Shown: positions 1 to 10,293 of the stretch, one piece after another
Position numbering within the stretch: the first letter of the stretch is position 1
Layout of the letters: every line of letters begins with the position of its first letter
DNA from: Hydrogenophilales bacterium
GTDB taxonomy: Bacteria; Pseudomonadota; Gammaproteobacteria; Burkholderiales; Thiobacillaceae
DNA: 64,000 bases
Direction of reading: 5' to 3'
NCBI GenBank assembly: GCA_037442845.1
Contig: JBBIPL010000002.1
Location: 10,370 to 74,369, forward strand
Notes under the pieces: model-generated
What the model saw: the letters and a program-made list of their open reading frames with translations, nothing else
Told to the model about the DNA's origin: nothing
Databases searched by the model: none
Program-made: the position numbers and the translations under genes

Positions 1-580
1 GCCCGAAGTCCATGTCCGGCAGATAGTAGAACGGCAGCCCCTTGCGGATGGCGCGGATGACCGGCTTGATGCCGTCACGCCGCGAGTACATCTCCGAATG
101 TCGGCCGCCATGGCCGAAACGGGTGCGCGCGTGCAGCATGACGCGGTCCAGATGGGGATTCTTGATGCGCGCGTAGAGCGAGACGATGGGGGCGAATTCC
201 GAAGTGACCCGCACGCCGCCGACGTTCAGGCCGACGAAATGCGGCGCCAGCCAGATGACCGGCTTGCCGACGTGGGCCGTGCAGTGTTCCAGGCCTTCCA
301 GGCGGGTCAACTGTTCCACCTGTCTTTGGCTGCCCCACCAGGACACCGTGTCCTGCATGAACGCCCGCCCGAGCAGGCGGAAATGGGCCTTGAGCACACG
401 CTCGCGCTCGGCCTCGGACCACTGCGGGAAGCACAGGCGCAGGTTGGTCTCCGCGATGTGGCGGCGGCTTGCCGCAAGGTAATAGAGCAGCCGCCCCAAC
501 AGCTCGCCCAAAGAGCCGAGGGCGGCGATCGGCAGCAGGGCATGCGCCAGGCGCAAGAGCAGGATGCCCAGTCGCCTCAT
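1..580 (-). CDS. Lipid A biosynthesis late acyltransferase (LpxL/HtrB family), 3' end cut by the window edge
   Basis: My own minus-strand translation from the ATG at 580-578 gives MRRLGILLLRLAHALLPIAALGSLGELLGRLLYYLAASRRHIAETNLRLCFPQWSEAERERVLKAHF...VIWLAPHFVGLN...GLPFYYLPDMDFG. It is absent from the ORF track because no stop codon lies in the window. It is divergent from metK. The overlapping track ORFs 75..713(-) and 98..856(+) look like off-frame artefacts. Confidence 0.75.
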   Translation of the reverse strand, partial: MRRLGILLLRLAHALLPIAALGSLGELLGRLLYYLAASRRHIAETNLRLCFPQWSEAERERVLKAHFRLLGRAFMQDTVSWWGSQRQVEQLTRLEGLEHCTAHVGKPVIWLAPHFVGLNVGGVRVTSEFAPIVSLYARIKNPHLDRVMLHARTRFGHGGRHSEMYSRRDGIKPVIRAIRKGLPFYYLPDMDFG

Positions 581-852
581 CGAACGGCGCTACCGGAAGA
601 CATGCTGAGCCCGACGCGCCCGGACGGGGCGCATGCGGGGCTAAGGAGAGGAACGCGAGCGGAACGCATGGAATCGGCGATAGTTGACCCGGAAAGCCGC
701 GCAAGGCTAGCATGCGCCTGCCGCCGAGTTAATTGCAGCGATGCATTCAGACAAATTGCGGGCGGGATACAAATCCAGCTAAAGCGTCCCGCTCCTGTTC
801 CCCGGAGCCGGTTCGCCGGTCTAGATGGGGAAAACGTTTACAGGAGCTTTTC

Positions 853-2046
853 ATGAGCAGGGACTACCTCTTCACCTCGGAATCCGTTTCCGAAGGCCAT
901 CCGGACAAGGTCGCCGACCAGATTTCCGACGCCATCCTCGACGCCATCCTGGCCCAGGATCCCAGCGCCCGCGTCGCCGCCGAGACCCTGGTGACCACCG
1001 GCCTGGTGGTGCTGGCGGGCGAGATCACCACGCACGCCCAGGTCAACTACGCCAGGGTGGCGCGGGAAACCGTGCGCTCCATCGGCTACGCCGACCCGCA
1101 TCTGCGCTTCGACGCCGACGGCTGCTCGGTGCACGTCTGCTACGGCCAGCAGAGCCCGGACATCGCCCAGGGCGTGGACCGGGCCTCCGACGACTACCTG
1201 AACCAGGGCGCCGGCGACCAGGGCCTGATGTTCGGCTACGCCTGCGACGAGACGCCCTCGCTGATGCCCCTGCCCATCTACCTGTCGCACCGGTTGGTGG
1301 AACGCCAGGCCATGCTGCGCAAGGACGGCCGCCTGCCCTGGCTGCGCCCGGACGCGAAGTCCCAGGTCACCCTGCGCTACGTGGACGGCAAGCCGCACAG
1401 CATCGACACCGTGGTGCTGTCCACCCAGCACCACTCGGAAATGGCGGAAGCCATCGACGGCAACAAGCGCATGAAGCAGGCCGCCATCGACGCCATCATC
1501 GAGGACATCATCCAGCCCGTGCTGCCCAAGGAACTAATCAAGGGCGACATCAAGTACCTGGTGAACCCCACCGGCGTGTTCGAGATCGGCGGCCCGCACG
1601 GCGACGCCGGCCTCACCGGCCGCAAGATCATCGTCGACACGTACGGCGGCGCGGCCCCGCACGGCGGCGGCGCCTTCTCCGGCAAGGACCCGTCCAAGGT
1701 GGACCGCTCCGCCGCCTACGCCGCCCGCTACGTCGCCAAAAACATCGTCGCCGCCGGCCTGGCCGGCAAGTGCCTGGTGCAGGTGAGCTACGCCATCGGC
1801 GTCGCCCAGCCCACCTCCATCATGCTGGAGACCTACGGCACCGGCAGGATCGCCGACGAGAAACTCACCGAACTGGTGAAGGCCCATTTCGACCTGCGTC
1901 CCAAGGGCATCGTCGCCATGCTCGACCTGCTGCGCCCCATCTACCGCAAGACCGCCGCCTACGGCCATTTCGGCCGGGACGAGCCGGAGTTCACCTGGGA
2001 AAACACGAACAAGGCGGAAATTCTCAAGGCCGACGCCGGTCTGTAA
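853..2046 (+). CDS. metK: S-adenosylmethionine synthetase
   Basis: The internal Met of ORF 733..2046 gives [33 protein letters not shown]..., with [12 protein letters not shown] and DTYGG motifs. An AGGAG-like site lies upstream of ATG 853. Confidence 0.97.
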   Translation: MSRDYLFTSESVSEGHPDKVADQISDAILDAILAQDPSARVAAETLVTTGLVVLAGEITTHAQVNYARVARETVRSIGYADPHLRFDADGCSVHVCYGQQSPDIAQGVDRASDDYLNQGAGDQGLMFGYACDETPSLMPLPIYLSHRLVERQAMLRKDGRLPWLRPDAKSQVTLRYVDGKPHSIDTVVLSTQHHSEMAEAIDGNKRMKQAAIDAIIEDIIQPVLPKELIKGDIKYLVNPTGVFEIGGPHGDAGLTGRKIIVDTYGGAAPHGGGAFSGKDPSKVDRSAAYAARYVAKNIVAAGLAGKCLVQVSYAIGVAQPTSIMLETYGTGRIADEKLTELVKAHFDLRPKGIVAMLDLLRPIYRKTAAYGHFGRDEPEFTWENTNKAEILKADAGL

Positions 2047-2057
2047 GCCATTCGACC

Positions 2058-2130
2058 CCGCCGAGGGGCGCTGCGACCCATGCCCATGGGCCAGGCTCGG
2101 ATGGGGTTGCCTGATGGAACCGCGCCCGTT
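2058..2130 (+). promoter_or_regulatory. SAH (S-adenosylhomocysteine) riboswitch in the ahcY leader
   Basis: CCGAGGGGCGCUGCGACCC-AUGCCCAU-GGGCCAGGCUCGGAUG...AACCGCGCCC matches my recollection of the SAH element core (CCGAGGAGCGCUGCGACC ... hairpin ... CAGGCUCGG ... GGCGCUC). The changes are compensatory (GGGGCGC / GCGCCC). It sits directly 5' of ahcY, the canonical location. Confidence 0.75.
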
Positions 2131-2148
2131 CATGCAAGGAGTTGTTCA

Positions 2149-3549
<1,401 letters not shown>

Positions 3550-3565
3550 TGCCCCCCTCTCCCTT

Positions 3566-3637
3566 GGATGCGGGTCGGGATCAGGGAAAGCCCGCATCCG
3601 TTAACGTGAGAGTCGCTGACGCGACTTTCACGTTAAC
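3566..3637 (+). terminator. Two consecutive stem-loops after ahcY (possible terminator or REP-like element; no U-tract)
   Basis: GGATGCGGG(3566-3574)/CCCGCATCC(3591-3599), then GTTAACGTGAGAGTCGC(3600-3616)-tgac-GCGACTTTCACGTTAAC(3621-3637). The second is a 17 bp stem with one G:U pair. Confidence 0.35.
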
Positions 3638-3922
3638 ATCGAACACGATACCTTCCACGGTGAATGGAATTACCGTATCCGACCAAAGATCGAGTAATTG
3701 CTCATGACTGCCCATCAGAGCGCTCAGGCGAGGAGTTTTGCAAGAGGCTCGATGGAGTTGCCTGCGGGGTGTTGCCTTGGTAGAGATGCGCTAAACAACA
3801 TGTGCGGGTAGGCCGCATGACTCCGCGTGCTTCCTCACCACTCCGCAGGCGTTATTGAGGAAGGTTCGACGGAGTGCTAGGCTCCACCACCACCTCCTCC
3901 CCCCCCTCGGCAATTCCCGCGC

Positions 3923-5266
3923 ATGGCCCGCAAAGTCTTCATCCGCACCTTCGGTTGCCAGATGAACGAGTACGACTCCGACAAGATGGCCGATGTGCTG
4001 GCCGCCGGGGAAGGCTTTGAGCGGACAGACCGCCCTGAGGAGGCCGATGTCATCCTCTTCAACACCTGCTCGGTGCGGGAAAAGGCCCAGGAAAAGGTGT
4101 TCACCGACTTAGGGCTGGTGCGCCACCTCAAGCAGAAGAATCCGGACCTGCTCATCGGCGTGGGCGGTTGCGTCGCCAGCCAGGAGGGCGCCGCCATCGT
4201 GCGGCGCGCGCCCTACGTCGATCTCGTCTTCGGCCCGCAAACCCTGCACCGCCTGCCGCGCATGATGGCGCGCAGGCGGAGTACCGGGCGTCCCCAGGTG
4301 GACATCGAATTCCCCGAGATCGAGAAGTTCGACCACCTGCCGCCCGCCCGCGTCGAAGGCCCCACCGCCTTCGTCTCGGTGATGGAAGGCTGCTCCAAGT
4401 ACTGTACCTTCTGCGTGGTGCCCTATACCCGCGGCGAGGAGGTGTCGCGTCCCCTCGCCGACGTGCTGGCGGAAGTGGCGCATCTCGCCGCGGCAGGGGT
4501 GCGCGAGGTGACCCTGCTGGGCCAGAACGTGAACGCCTACCGCGGCGCCATGGAGGGGGCGGCGCAGACGGGTGAACTCGCCGATTTCGCGCTGCTGCTG
4601 GAGCTGGTGCATGCGATTCCCGGCATCGAGCGCATCCGCTTCACCACCTCGCACCCCCGCGAATTCACGCCTCGCCTGGTGGAGGCGTATGCCCGCCTGC
4701 CGAAGCTCGCGTCCTACCTGCACCTGCCGGTGCAGTCCGGCTCCGACCGCATCCTCGCGGCCATGAAGCGGGGCTATACGGCGCTGGAATACAAGAGCCT
4801 GATCCGCCGCATCCAGGCGGCGCGGCCCGGTATCAGCATCGCCTCGGATTTCATCGTCGGCTTTCCCGGCGAGACCGAAGCGGACTTCGAGGCCACCCTG
4901 AAGCTCATCGCCGACGTCGGCTTCGACGCCTCCTTCAGCTTCGTCTACAGCGCCCGGCCCGGCACGCCGGCCGCCGCCCTGGCCGACGCTACCCCGCAGG
5001 ACGAGAAGATGCGGCGTCTGTACCGGCTGCAGGATTTGATCAACGCCCAGGCTGCCGCCATCGGCGCGGCCATGGTGGGCTCGGTGCAGCGGGTGCTGGT
5101 GGAAGGGCCTTCGAAGAAAGATGCCAACGAACTGATGGGGCGCACCGAGAACAACCGCATCGTCAATTTCCCCGCAGCCCCGCGCCTGATCGGACAGTTC
5201 GCCGAGGTCGCCATCACCCAGGCCAACCCGCATTCCCTGCGCGGCGAAGTGCTCATCGCCGCTTGA
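3923..5266 (+). CDS. miaB: tRNA-2-methylthio-N6-dimethylallyladenosine synthase
   Basis: [26 protein letters not shown]..., radical-SAM [20 protein letters not shown]-like C-terminus. Confidence 0.95.
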   Translation: MARKVFIRTFGCQMNEYDSDKMADVLAAGEGFERTDRPEEADVILFNTCSVREKAQEKVFTDLGLVRHLKQKNPDLLIGVGGCVASQEGAAIVRRAPYVDLVFGPQTLHRLPRMMARRRSTGRPQVDIEFPEIEKFDHLPPARVEGPTAFVSVMEGCSKYCTFCVVPYTRGEEVSRPLADVLAEVAHLAAAGVREVTLLGQNVNAYRGAMEGAAQTGELADFALLLELVHAIPGIERIRFTTSHPREFTPRLVEAYARLPKLASYLHLPVQSGSDRILAAMKRGYTALEYKSLIRRIQAARPGISIASDFIVGFPGETEADFEATLKLIADVGFDASFSFVYSARPGTPAAALADATPQDEKMRRLYRLQDLINAQAAAIGAAMVGSVQRVLVEGPSKKDANELMGRTENNRIVNFPAAPRLIGQFAEVAITQANPHSLRGEVLIAA

Positions 5267-5267
5267 G

Positions 5268-6224
5268 ATGAGCGAAACCGTCAGTTTCCACGATGCCGAG
5301 AACAGCCGCCTGGCCAACCTGTGCGGCGTGCTGGACGAGAACCTGCGCCAGATCGAGACGGCGCTGAACGTGAGCATCGCCCGCCGCGGCGAGGTGTTCC
5401 AGGTGGAGGGCGACAAGGCCGCCGAGGCGGCGCGCCTGCTCAAGGACTTCTACCAGCGTGCGCGCAAGCCGCTGGACATCGACGATGTGCAGCTCGCCCT
5501 GGTGGAGGTCGCCCACAAGCCGCCGCCGGGCCAGGCGGGTTCTCCCGAAGAAGACAACATCCCGGTGCTGATGACCCGGCGTCCCGGCCTGCACGGCCGC
5601 ACCGTCCGGCAGAACGCCTACATCCGCCAGATCCAGGAATACGACATCACCTTCGGCATCGGCCCGGCCGGCACCGGCAAGACCTACCTCGCCGTGGCGG
5701 GGGCGGTGGACGCCCTGGAACGCGACCTGGTCAAGCGCATCGTCCTGGTGCGCCCGGCGGTGGAGGCCGGCGAGCGCCTGGGCTTCCTGCCCGGCGACCT
5801 GGTGCAGAAGGTCGACCCCTACCTGCGCCCGCTCTACGACGCCCTCTGGGACCTGATGGGTTTCGACAAGGCCAACCGCGCCTTCGAGCGGCAGATGATC
5901 GAGGTAGCGCCGCTCGCCTTCATGCGCGGCCGCACCTTGAACCACGCCTTCATCATCCTCGACGAGGCGCAGAACACCACGCCGGAGCAGATGAAGATGT
6001 TCCTCACCCGCATCGGTTTCGGCTCCCGCGCCGTGGTCACCGGCGACGTCACCCAGATCGACCTGCAGCGCCACCAGAAGAGCGGCCTCATCGAGGCCAG
6101 AGAAGTGCTGAAGGAAGTGCGCGGCATCGCCTTCACCGAATTCCGCAACGACGACGTGGTGCGCCACCCGCTGGTGGCCCGCATCATCGATGCCTATGAC
6201 GCCTATTCAAAGCGTGAGGACTGA
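5268..6224 (+). CDS. ybeZ: PhoH-family ATPase (YbeZ-like)
   Basis: P-loop GPAGTGKTYLAV, ILDEAQN, VTGDVTQIDL. Conserved miaB-ybeZ-ybeY-corC order. Confidence 0.93.
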   Translation: MSETVSFHDAENSRLANLCGVLDENLRQIETALNVSIARRGEVFQVEGDKAAEAARLLKDFYQRARKPLDIDDVQLALVEVAHKPPPGQAGSPEEDNIPVLMTRRPGLHGRTVRQNAYIRQIQEYDITFGIGPAGTGKTYLAVAGAVDALERDLVKRIVLVRPAVEAGERLGFLPGDLVQKVDPYLRPLYDALWDLMGFDKANRAFERQMIEVAPLAFMRGRTLNHAFIILDEAQNTTPEQMKMFLTRIGFGSRAVVTGDVTQIDLQRHQKSGLIEAREVLKEVRGIAFTEFRNDDVVRHPLVARIIDAYDAYSKRED

Positions 6225-6227
6225 AGC

Positions 6228-6683
6228 GTGAGGCGTGCGGCGAAGCTCGGTTTGACCGTGCAGTTTGCCGTTGCCGACACAACCGGCCTGCCCGGCCGCG
6301 CCGACTTCCGCCGCTGGGCCAAAGCCGCCCTGCGGGGCGACGTGGCCGCCGCCCTGCGCATCGTCGAGGCCGAGGAGGGCCGGGCTCTGAACCGCGACTA
6401 CCGGGGCAAGGACGCCGCCACCAACGTGCTTAGCTTCGAATACGGTGCGGACCCGGAAACCGGGGCGCTCACCGGCGACATCGTGCTGTGCGCGCCGGTG
6501 GTGGAGCAGGAGGCGGCGGCACAGGGCAAGCCCCTCGCCGCCCATTACGCCCACCTTACGATCCATGGCATGCTGCATCTTCAGGGCTATGACCACGAGA
6601 CCGGCAAGGCGGATGCGATCGCCATGGAAGCCGTGGAAAGCTTTATCATGCGGACGTTGGGATTTCCCGACCCCTATCAATAA
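6228..6683 (+). CDS. ybeY: rRNA maturation endoribonuclease YbeY
   Basis: GTG start. Metal-binding motif HLTIHGMLHLQGYDH. Confidence 0.93.
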   Translation: MRRAAKLGLTVQFAVADTTGLPGRADFRRWAKAALRGDVAAALRIVEAEEGRALNRDYRGKDAATNVLSFEYGADPETGALTGDIVLCAPVVEQEAAAQGKPLAAHYAHLTIHGMLHLQGYDHETGKADAIAMEAVESFIMRTLGFPDPYQ

Positions 6684-6686
6684 CTT

Positions 6687-7526
6687 ATGAACGCCGACAG
6701 TAGTCCGCGACCGAGTCTGATCGAACGTCTCACCGCCTGGCTCTCGCGCGAGCCCGACAACCGCGAGGAGTTGCTCGAACTCCTCCACGCCGCCTACGCC
6801 AACAACCTGCTGGATGCCGACGCCCTGTCCATGATCGAGGGGGTCATGCAGGTGTCCGAGATGCAGGCGCGCGAAATCATGATTCCCCGCGCCCAGATGG
6901 ACGTGGTCGACATCAACGATCCGCCCGAGAAGTTGCTGCCCTACGTCATCGAAACCGCACACTCGCGCTTTCCCGCCGTAGATGGTGAGCGCGACCACGT
7001 GGTCGGCATCCTGCTGGCCAAGGATCTGCTGCGGTTTTGTAACGGCGAGGAGGTCAACCTGCGCGAGCAGTTGCGGCCGGCGGTGTTCATTCCCGAATGC
7101 AAGCGGCTGAACGTGCTGTTGCGCGATTTCCGCGCCTCGCGCAACCACATTGCCATCGTCGTCGATGAATACGGCAGCGTCGCCGGTCTGGTCACCATCG
7201 AGGACGTGCTCGAGCAGATCGTCGGCGACATCGAGGACGAGTACGACTTTGATGAGACCGAGGACAACATTCTGGCCGAGGCCGAGGGCGTGTTCCGCGT
7301 CAAGGCGCAGACGCAGATCGCTGATTTCAACCAGGTCCTGGGCGCGAGCTTCGCCGATGACGAGTTCGACACCGTCGGCGGCCTGGTCGCCAATGCCTTC
7401 GGGCGCCTGCCCAAGCGCGGCGAAAGCGTGGAGATTGGCGACTTCCGCTTCCTGGTGTTGCGCGCCGACAGCCGGCGACTGCACACCCTGAGCGTGAGCC
7501 GTCTGCCGCAGGCCAGCCTGTTGTGA
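6687..7526 (+). CDS. corC: CBS-pair/CorC_HlyC transporter-associated protein (Mg/Co efflux factor CorC/YbeX)
   Basis: A tandem CBS region (VMQVSEMQAREIMIPR...) is followed by GLVTIEDVLEQIVGDIEDEYD and a CorC_HlyC-like tail. Confidence 0.9.
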   Translation: MNADSSPRPSLIERLTAWLSREPDNREELLELLHAAYANNLLDADALSMIEGVMQVSEMQAREIMIPRAQMDVVDINDPPEKLLPYVIETAHSRFPAVDGERDHVVGILLAKDLLRFCNGEEVNLREQLRPAVFIPECKRLNVLLRDFRASRNHIAIVVDEYGSVAGLVTIEDVLEQIVGDIEDEYDFDETEDNILAEAEGVFRVKAQTQIADFNQVLGASFADDEFDTVGGLVANAFGRLPKRGESVEIGDFRFLVLRADSRRLHTLSVSRLPQASLL

Positions 7527-7750
7527 TGGCCCTGGACCGACGCTGGAAACCGCTCCTGCTGTTTCTCCTCCTGCTGGTCTTGTTTCCCGCCATCGGCCGC
7601 GTCGCCGCCTGGCTGCGGGGCGAAGTCATGGCGTTTTGGGACTGGCTGGGGGTGCTCGCATTCCCATTGCTGGCCTGGTTGTGGCTCAGGCATTTCTCCA
7701 TCCTGGGTTGCCGGGAAAGCTGCCTGCCGCCTGATCGGGAAGGAAAGTGA
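7523..7750 (+). CDS. Small hypothetical membrane protein (75 aa)
   Basis: ATGA overlap with the corC stop. Two hydrophobic segments (LLLFLLLLVLFPAIG, GVLAFPLLAWLWL). No recognisable family. Confidence 0.35.
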   Translation: MMALDRRWKPLLLFLLLLVLFPAIGRVAAWLRGEVMAFWDWLGVLAFPLLAWLWLRHFSILGCRESCLPPDREGK

Positions 7751-7854
7751 ATGCTCACCTTGCCAGACCGCGCGCAGGCCGCTAACTTAGCGCCCACTTG
7801 TTTTCGCCGGAGGCCTCCCCATCTGCCTGCGGCTGCCATCTTCCTGGATTGACC

Positions 7855-8880
7855 ATGACCGCCTGGACCGATTTCCTCGCCTCTCGGGGCGCCCGTTTCG
7901 AACACGGCGGGGTTGCCGACTTCGGCGATCCCAAGGCTGAACTCGCCGCCGCCGCCAGCGGTGATGTGCTGGCCGATCTGTCGCATTTCGGCTTGATCGG
8001 TTTTTCCGGCGAGGACGCCGAGACCTTCCTGCACGGCCAGATCACCAACGATCTGCGCGCCCTGTCCGACGGCAAGGCGATATTCGCCGGCTACCTTTCC
8101 GCGAAAGGCCGCATGCTGGCCAATTTCCTGGTCATGCGGCGGGCCGGCGAACTGCTGGTGATGCTGCCCGAATCCCTGCGCGAGGGCATCCAGAAACGCC
8201 TGTCCATGTTCATCCTGCGCAGCAAGGTGAAGGCGCGCGATGCGGGCGGGGAATGGGTGCGCCTGGGGCTGAACGGTCCCGCGTCCGGCGCACTGGTGGC
8301 GGAGGTCCTCGGCCGTGCCGCGCCCGTCGGCATCATGAGCATGGCCCAGTCCGAAACCGCTTTCGCGCTGTGCCTGGGCGATGCGCGTTATGACCTGTTC
8401 GTCGCCCCGCATCGGGCCGCCGCCGTCTGGGAGCAACTCGCCGCCCGCGCCCGGCCCGTGGGCGCCCCGGCATGGGACTGGCTGATGGTGCGGGCCGGTG
8501 TGCCGGTGGTGTTGCCGCCTACCCAGGACCACTTCGTACCGCAGATGGCCAACATGGAAATCCTCGGCGGCATCAGCTTCAACAAGGGCTGCTACCCCGG
8601 CCAGGAAATCGTCGCCCGCAGCCAGTACCTGGGCAAGGTCAAGCGCCGCCTGTATCTGGCGCATCTGGATGCCGAGGCGCGGCCCGGCGACGAACTGTTC
8701 GCGCCCGAGCCCGCCGACCAGGCCGCCGGCCTCATCGCCAACGCCGCCCCCGCTCCCGGCGGCGGCTGGGATGTGCTGGCGGTGGCCCTGAGCCCCAGCG
8801 TGGAAGCTGGCGATATCCGCCTGAAGAGCCGGGATGGCGCCCGCCTCAGCTTCGCACCTCTGCCTTATCCCGTTGCCTGA
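7855..8880 (+). CDS. ygfZ: Folate-binding tRNA-modification protein YgfZ (GcvT-like)
   Basis: MTAWTDFLASRGARFEHGG... with the signature ISFNKGCYPGQEIVARSQY. The start is taken at the internal Met of ORF 7798..8880. Confidence 0.85.
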   Translation: MTAWTDFLASRGARFEHGGVADFGDPKAELAAAASGDVLADLSHFGLIGFSGEDAETFLHGQITNDLRALSDGKAIFAGYLSAKGRMLANFLVMRRAGELLVMLPESLREGIQKRLSMFILRSKVKARDAGGEWVRLGLNGPASGALVAEVLGRAAPVGIMSMAQSETAFALCLGDARYDLFVAPHRAAAVWEQLAARARPVGAPAWDWLMVRAGVPVVLPPTQDHFVPQMANMEILGGISFNKGCYPGQEIVARSQYLGKVKRRLYLAHLDAEARPGDELFAPEPADQAAGLIANAAPAPGGGWDVLAVALSPSVEAGDIRLKSRDGARLSFAPLPYPVA

Positions 8881-9187
8881 GCGCCGCGACTATTACGTCT
8901 GGTACCGGGTCGCCAGAACCGACCGGGACACGGAAACCGCCGTGCGCGGCATGATGGCGCGTTTGGCCTGCCGCTCCGGCATCACCGGCGTCCTCAGCAG
9001 GAAGGCGGACGAGCCGCGCCTGTGGATGGAGGTCTATGCGGGCGTCACCGACGCCGCGGCCTTCGAGCGGCGGCTTGCCCAGGTTGTCGACGAATTCGAC
9101 GTGGAAATGTTTCTCGACGGTCCGCGCCGTACCGAGTGCTTCCTCGCCGATGCGCCCGTTCTCGCCGCTTGCGCGGCCGCATCCTGA
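8873..9187 (+). CDS. DUF4936-like protein
   Basis: ...RRDYYVWYRVARTDRDTETAVRGMMARL...RLWMEVYAGVTDAAAFERRL...LDGPRRTECF resembles the DUF4936 pattern (YVYYRV ... WMEVY ... GPRH.E.F) from memory. The start is uncertain: TTG 8873, or the in-frame ATG 8834 that overlaps ygfZ. Confidence 0.6.
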   Translation: MPERRDYYVWYRVARTDRDTETAVRGMMARLACRSGITGVLSRKADEPRLWMEVYAGVTDAAAFERRLAQVVDEFDVEMFLDGPRRTECFLADAPVLAACAAAS

Positions 9188-9194
9188 ACTGCCC

Positions 9195-9785
9195 ATGCGC
9201 AAACCCGGCGAACGCAAAATCCAGATCCTGCAAACTTTGGCGGGCATGCTGGAGACGCCGCAGGCGGAAAAGATCACCACGGCGGCGCTCGCCGCCCGCG
9301 TCGAGGTCTCGGAAGCGGCGCTCTACCGCCACTTCGCCAGCAAGGCGCAGATGTACGAGGGCCTCATCGAGTTCATCGAACAGACCCTGTTCGGGCTCAT
9401 CAACCGCATCCTCGCCGAGGAGCCGCGCGGCCTCGTGCAGGCGCAGGCCATGCTCCAACTCCTACTCGGCTTCGCCGAGAAGAACCGCGGCATGACGCGC
9501 GTGCTCATCGGCGAGGCGCTGGTGAACGAGCACGAACGCCTGCAGGCGCGCGTCAACCAGTTGCTGGAACGGGTGGAAGCCAGTCTCAAGCAATCGCTGC
9601 GCATCGCCGCCAGCCAGGGCGAGGTCGCCTCCGCGCTGGAGCCGGCGGCGGCCGCGAATCTCCTGCTGTGCTGGGTGCTGGGGCGCTGGCAGCTGTTCGT
9701 GAAAAGCGGTTTCCGGCAACCGCCGATGCAGCGCTGGGACAGCCAATGGGCGCTGTTGCGGCAGGGGCTGAGCGCGGCCGCCTGA
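9195..9785 (+). CDS. slmA: Nucleoid occlusion factor SlmA (TetR family)
   Basis: [66 protein letters not shown]... is collinear with my recollection of E. coli SlmA (REEILQSLALMLES...[36 protein letters not shown]). Confidence 0.9.
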   Translation: [196 protein letters not shown]

Positions 9786-9805
9786 CCCGGATTAGCTGTG
9801 CCCCC

Positions 9806-9828
9806 GGCTCGGGAAAACCACCCGAGCC
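9806..9828. terminator. Stem-loop between the convergent slmA and the 131-aa ORF
   Basis: GGCTCGGG-aaaacca-CCCGAGCC (8 bp stem). No clear U-tract on either strand. Confidence 0.3.
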
Positions 9829-9886
9829 GCCCCCCGTGGGGACCAAGCCGTTCTTGGGGCGGCCCGGCGAACGACTTGAGAACCGC

Positions 9887-10282
9887 CTACTTGTACTGCC
9901 GCCATTCGGCGGGGGTTTCGTCGTGATCGCCGTGCGGATGCTTGTTCCATGCCTCCATGTGGGCCTGGTAATTCTTCGTGCGATGCTCGGGCTTCACCAT
10001 GTTTTCGCGCTGCACCCGCTCGCTGTAGTAAGCCAGGGAACGCCGGATGCGGATGAGCAGGGTGGATTCCAGATGGAAGCCCTGGTCGGAAAGAGCGGTC
10101 TCGATGTCCTGCAGGGTGTACTCGGCCACGCAATATTCGAGCAGCAGCGTGCGCGCGCCGGCGCGGTGGGCGGCGAGCCCGGGCAGTCCGCTGAGCAGGG
10201 CCAGGGCGCGCTCCACCTGGCCGGGCGGCGTGGGATGGAAGACGATCTCGCGGCGCTTCTGGATGTCGCAGGGAGACGTCAT
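9887..10282 (-). CDS. Hypothetical protein, 131 aa, with a His-rich C-terminus
   Basis: Good GC3 coding signal. The N-terminal ~70 aa read like a small alpha/beta (HMA-like) module without CxxC. The C-terminus is ...HMEAWNKHPHGDHDETPAEWRQYK. Confidence 0.55.
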   Translation of the reverse strand: MTSPCDIQKRREIVFHPTPPGQVERALALLSGLPGLAAHRAGARTLLLEYCVAEYTLQDIETALSDQGFHLESTLLIRIRRSLAYYSERVQRENMVKPEHRTKNYQAHMEAWNKHPHGDHDETPAEWRQYK

Positions 10283-10293
10283 GCCATCCCTCT

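Noticed and set aside
581-852. Possible SAM-type riboswitch in the lpxL/metK divergent spacer. GCTAAAGCG and nearby U-rich-like strings vaguely resemble SAM-II.
   Set aside because: I could not fold a convincing pseudoknot or match enough conserved positions from memory. Running cmsearch with SAM-II, SAM-V and SAM/SAH models would decide.
3735-3750. 16-nt string GTTTTGCAAGAGGCTC shared by the ahcY-miaB spacer (3735-3750) and the gluQ-RES spacer (28656-28671).
   Set aside because: About one exact 16-mer repeat is expected by chance in a 64-kb window counted on both strands, and the flanks do not extend the match. It is noted only because both copies lie in AT-rich, possibly foreign spacers.
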